Positions 62,023 to 64,000 of a stretch of 64,000 nucleotides of DNA are shown here, piece after piece. Within the stretch, counting starts at the first letter, position 1. Every line of letters starts with the position of its first letter. Where the stretch lies: positions 497,764-561,763 of the forward strand of contig NW_015164200.1 of the NCBI RefSeq assembly GCF_001447785.1, in the 5' to 3' direction. The notes beneath the pieces are model-generated. The model ran no database searches. It was not told the origin of the DNA and worked only from the letters and a program-made list of their open reading frames with translations. A program made the translations under genes and the position numbers. This stretch comes from Gekko japonicus (Eukaryota).

Positions 62023-62769
62023 AGGGACTGGAGAGAAAGAACATGCATACCACATACTGGTTAAAAGTCAATGGAATTTCATGAGTGGGTCTGAGAGAGT
62101 TTCTGAGGAGGGTCAAGGTTATTTCAGCCATTACCTTTTTCCTGGTTTACTCCTTATGTCTGTTGCTTCAGACCCTTCTTCCCTGCTCGGCACTCTAGTA
62201 CTCTAGCAGGATCCATTGCTCCCAGTCAATCTTGGGCTTTCTGTGTCTTTTTCATACACCAAGTGGGGCAGCCTAGAGTATGATGTGGAATATTTTAGGA
62301 ACTAGTTGTTGCAGACTATGTGCCCTGTGAAGGGCAGAAGGTTGGGGTTCAAGGAACATGATAACTATGAGGTATCAGTGACATTATTCTAATAATGAGA
62401 TCAAAAACTCTCCTTTAACACACTTCTTTCCCTGAAGTGCTCTTGTGTGTTAGCTATAAATGAAAAGATAATCGAGTATACGTAGATGTAATAATAACGT
62501 TGTCTAGATCAGAAAAGAATAGGAAATGAAGTGAATCTGTAACGTCCTTAGAGAGGGCTTTCTGAGATAGTCCAGTTTCTTATTTTTATTCACCTGCCTA
62601 GCCTCCTGTCAGTGTTGTTTTAATATGTCCAGTGGACTGTCTTTTGTTAAGATATGAGCTGATATCATTACTAGCTAACATTGTCTGGTGATTTAGAGAT
62701 TACTTTGCATAAATTAACAATGGCATGGCCGTATAGAGATCAAATGGCTATTTATGAAGCTTTTCATAA

Positions 62770-62990
62770 GAGCCAGCTTGGTGTAATGGATAGAGTGTTG
62801 GACTATGACCTGGGAGACCCAGGTTCAAATTCTTGCTCTTCCACAAAGCTTCCTGGATAACCACAGGCTAGTCAGTCACTCTCAGACCACCTTACCCCAC
62901 AAGGTTGTTGGAAGGGTAAAATGGATAAAGGGAGACAAATGTACGCTTACTTCCTTGGACCTCTTGGAGCAAGGGTGAAATAAAAATTAT
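62770..62990 (+). mobile_element. MIR-like/Squam3-type SINE
   Basis: agccagcttggtgtaatggatagagtgttggact...cccaggttcaaat head. Confidence 0.78.
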
Positions 62991-63574
62991 TAAATGTTTT
63001 AAAAACTGTCCACATTGTTTTAACAAGGATTGCTCATTTGTTTCAATGTAGTTATATAGGAATGAGAGAATGTTCCATATTTAATCTCTTTTTATCCTTG
63101 TTTATATTTTTGTTGATTATTTCAGTTCTCCAGTTGTTGCTGTTGGTTTTGCAGTGTTTATGTGTGTTGTGTATGCATGGTGTATGGTTTTTCTATGCAA
63201 ATTATATGGCACTTATAAGCACCATGTATGTCAAGTCAATATACAATATTTAATGCTAATTTATTGATGCACATATTACATTAAAATGCATGTACAGGGT
63301 GTCCAAGGCTGTTTCAGACCCATAACCAGGCCTGAAACTAAATTGGAAAGGAACCAAACAATCTGCTTCATCCAGGAATGCTGGAAGTTGTTTAGGCACT
63401 ACTCATTCGATCACCTTGCTCAAGAATGGAACATTTGAGACTGGTCAATAAGTGATTCATAAGATGCAAGAATGCTGTAAAATAATAAGGAACACCAGCA
63501 GTGAAACTGGGCACTATGAAAACATTAACAATGTGGGCATATGAAAACAAAATGAAACAAAGAAAGGCATATTT

Positions 63575-63924
63575 GTTCTTATTGTTCTTATCGAATCCAA
63601 CTCTTTGCGACCCCATGGACCACATCACGCCAGGCTCTCCTGTCTTCTGTTGTCCTCCGGAGTTTGCTTAATTTCATGTTCATTGCATCAATAACATTGT
63701 CTAACCATCTCAACCTTTGCCATCCCGTTCTTCTTTTACTTTCAGTCTTTCCGAGCATCAGGGTCTTTTCTAGGGAGTGCTCCCTTCTCATTTGGTGGCC
63801 AAAGTATTTAAGCTTCAGCTTCAGAATCTGGCCTTCCAGGGAACAGTCAGGGTTGATTTCTTTTAGGATTGACAGATTTGATCTCCTTGCAGTCCAAGGG
63901 ACTCTCAAGAGTCTTCTCCAGAAC
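63575..63924 (-). mobile_element. RTE-BovB LINE 3' end
   Basis: ORF 63588-63908(-): RVPWTARRSN..SLEGQILKLKLKYFGH..SLEKTLMLGK..AWRDVVHGVAKS. Confidence 0.95.
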
Positions 63925-63925
63925 C

Positions 63926-64000
63926 ATAAGAAAATAACATAAGAGAAGCCAATGTTGGATCAGGCCAATGGCCCATCCAGTCCAATGCTCTGTCACACAG
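63926..64000 (-). mobile_element. CR1 3' end (same family as 45318-46690); continues past the window
   Basis: Reverse complement of about 46612-46690. Confidence 0.88.

Noticed and set aside
63664-63942. + strand 92-aa ORF
   Set aside because: Common antisense open frame of BovB.

Overview
Vertebrate DNA, most likely from a gecko or related squamate, judged from the Sauria SINE, Squam3-like SINEs, BovB, SPIN and the CR1/L2 content. It is not prokaryotic. The window lies inside a + strand AF4/FMR2-family gene, best matching AFF2 (FMR2). Three short coding exons (88-174/180, 5514-5550, 5812-5863) are followed by an intron of more than 58 kb; I did not find the next canonical exon (MLEDDLKLSS). 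The rest is intronic. It holds a decayed DIRS1 tyrosine-recombinase retrotransposon with intact ITR/ICR architecture and a nested LTR, fragments of L1, L2, CR1 and BovB, solo LTRs, many hAT- and Harbinger-like MITEs, 5S- and tRNA-derived SINEs, several repeat-free candidate conserved non-coding blocks, and two assembly gaps. The best leads are a candidate frame-preserving 33-nt cassette exon at 43154-43186, MITEs built from serial flip/flop hairpins, a MITE carrying a POU/octamer cluster, and a 5S-SINE family with two tail types. Family names come from recognition only; no database search was run.
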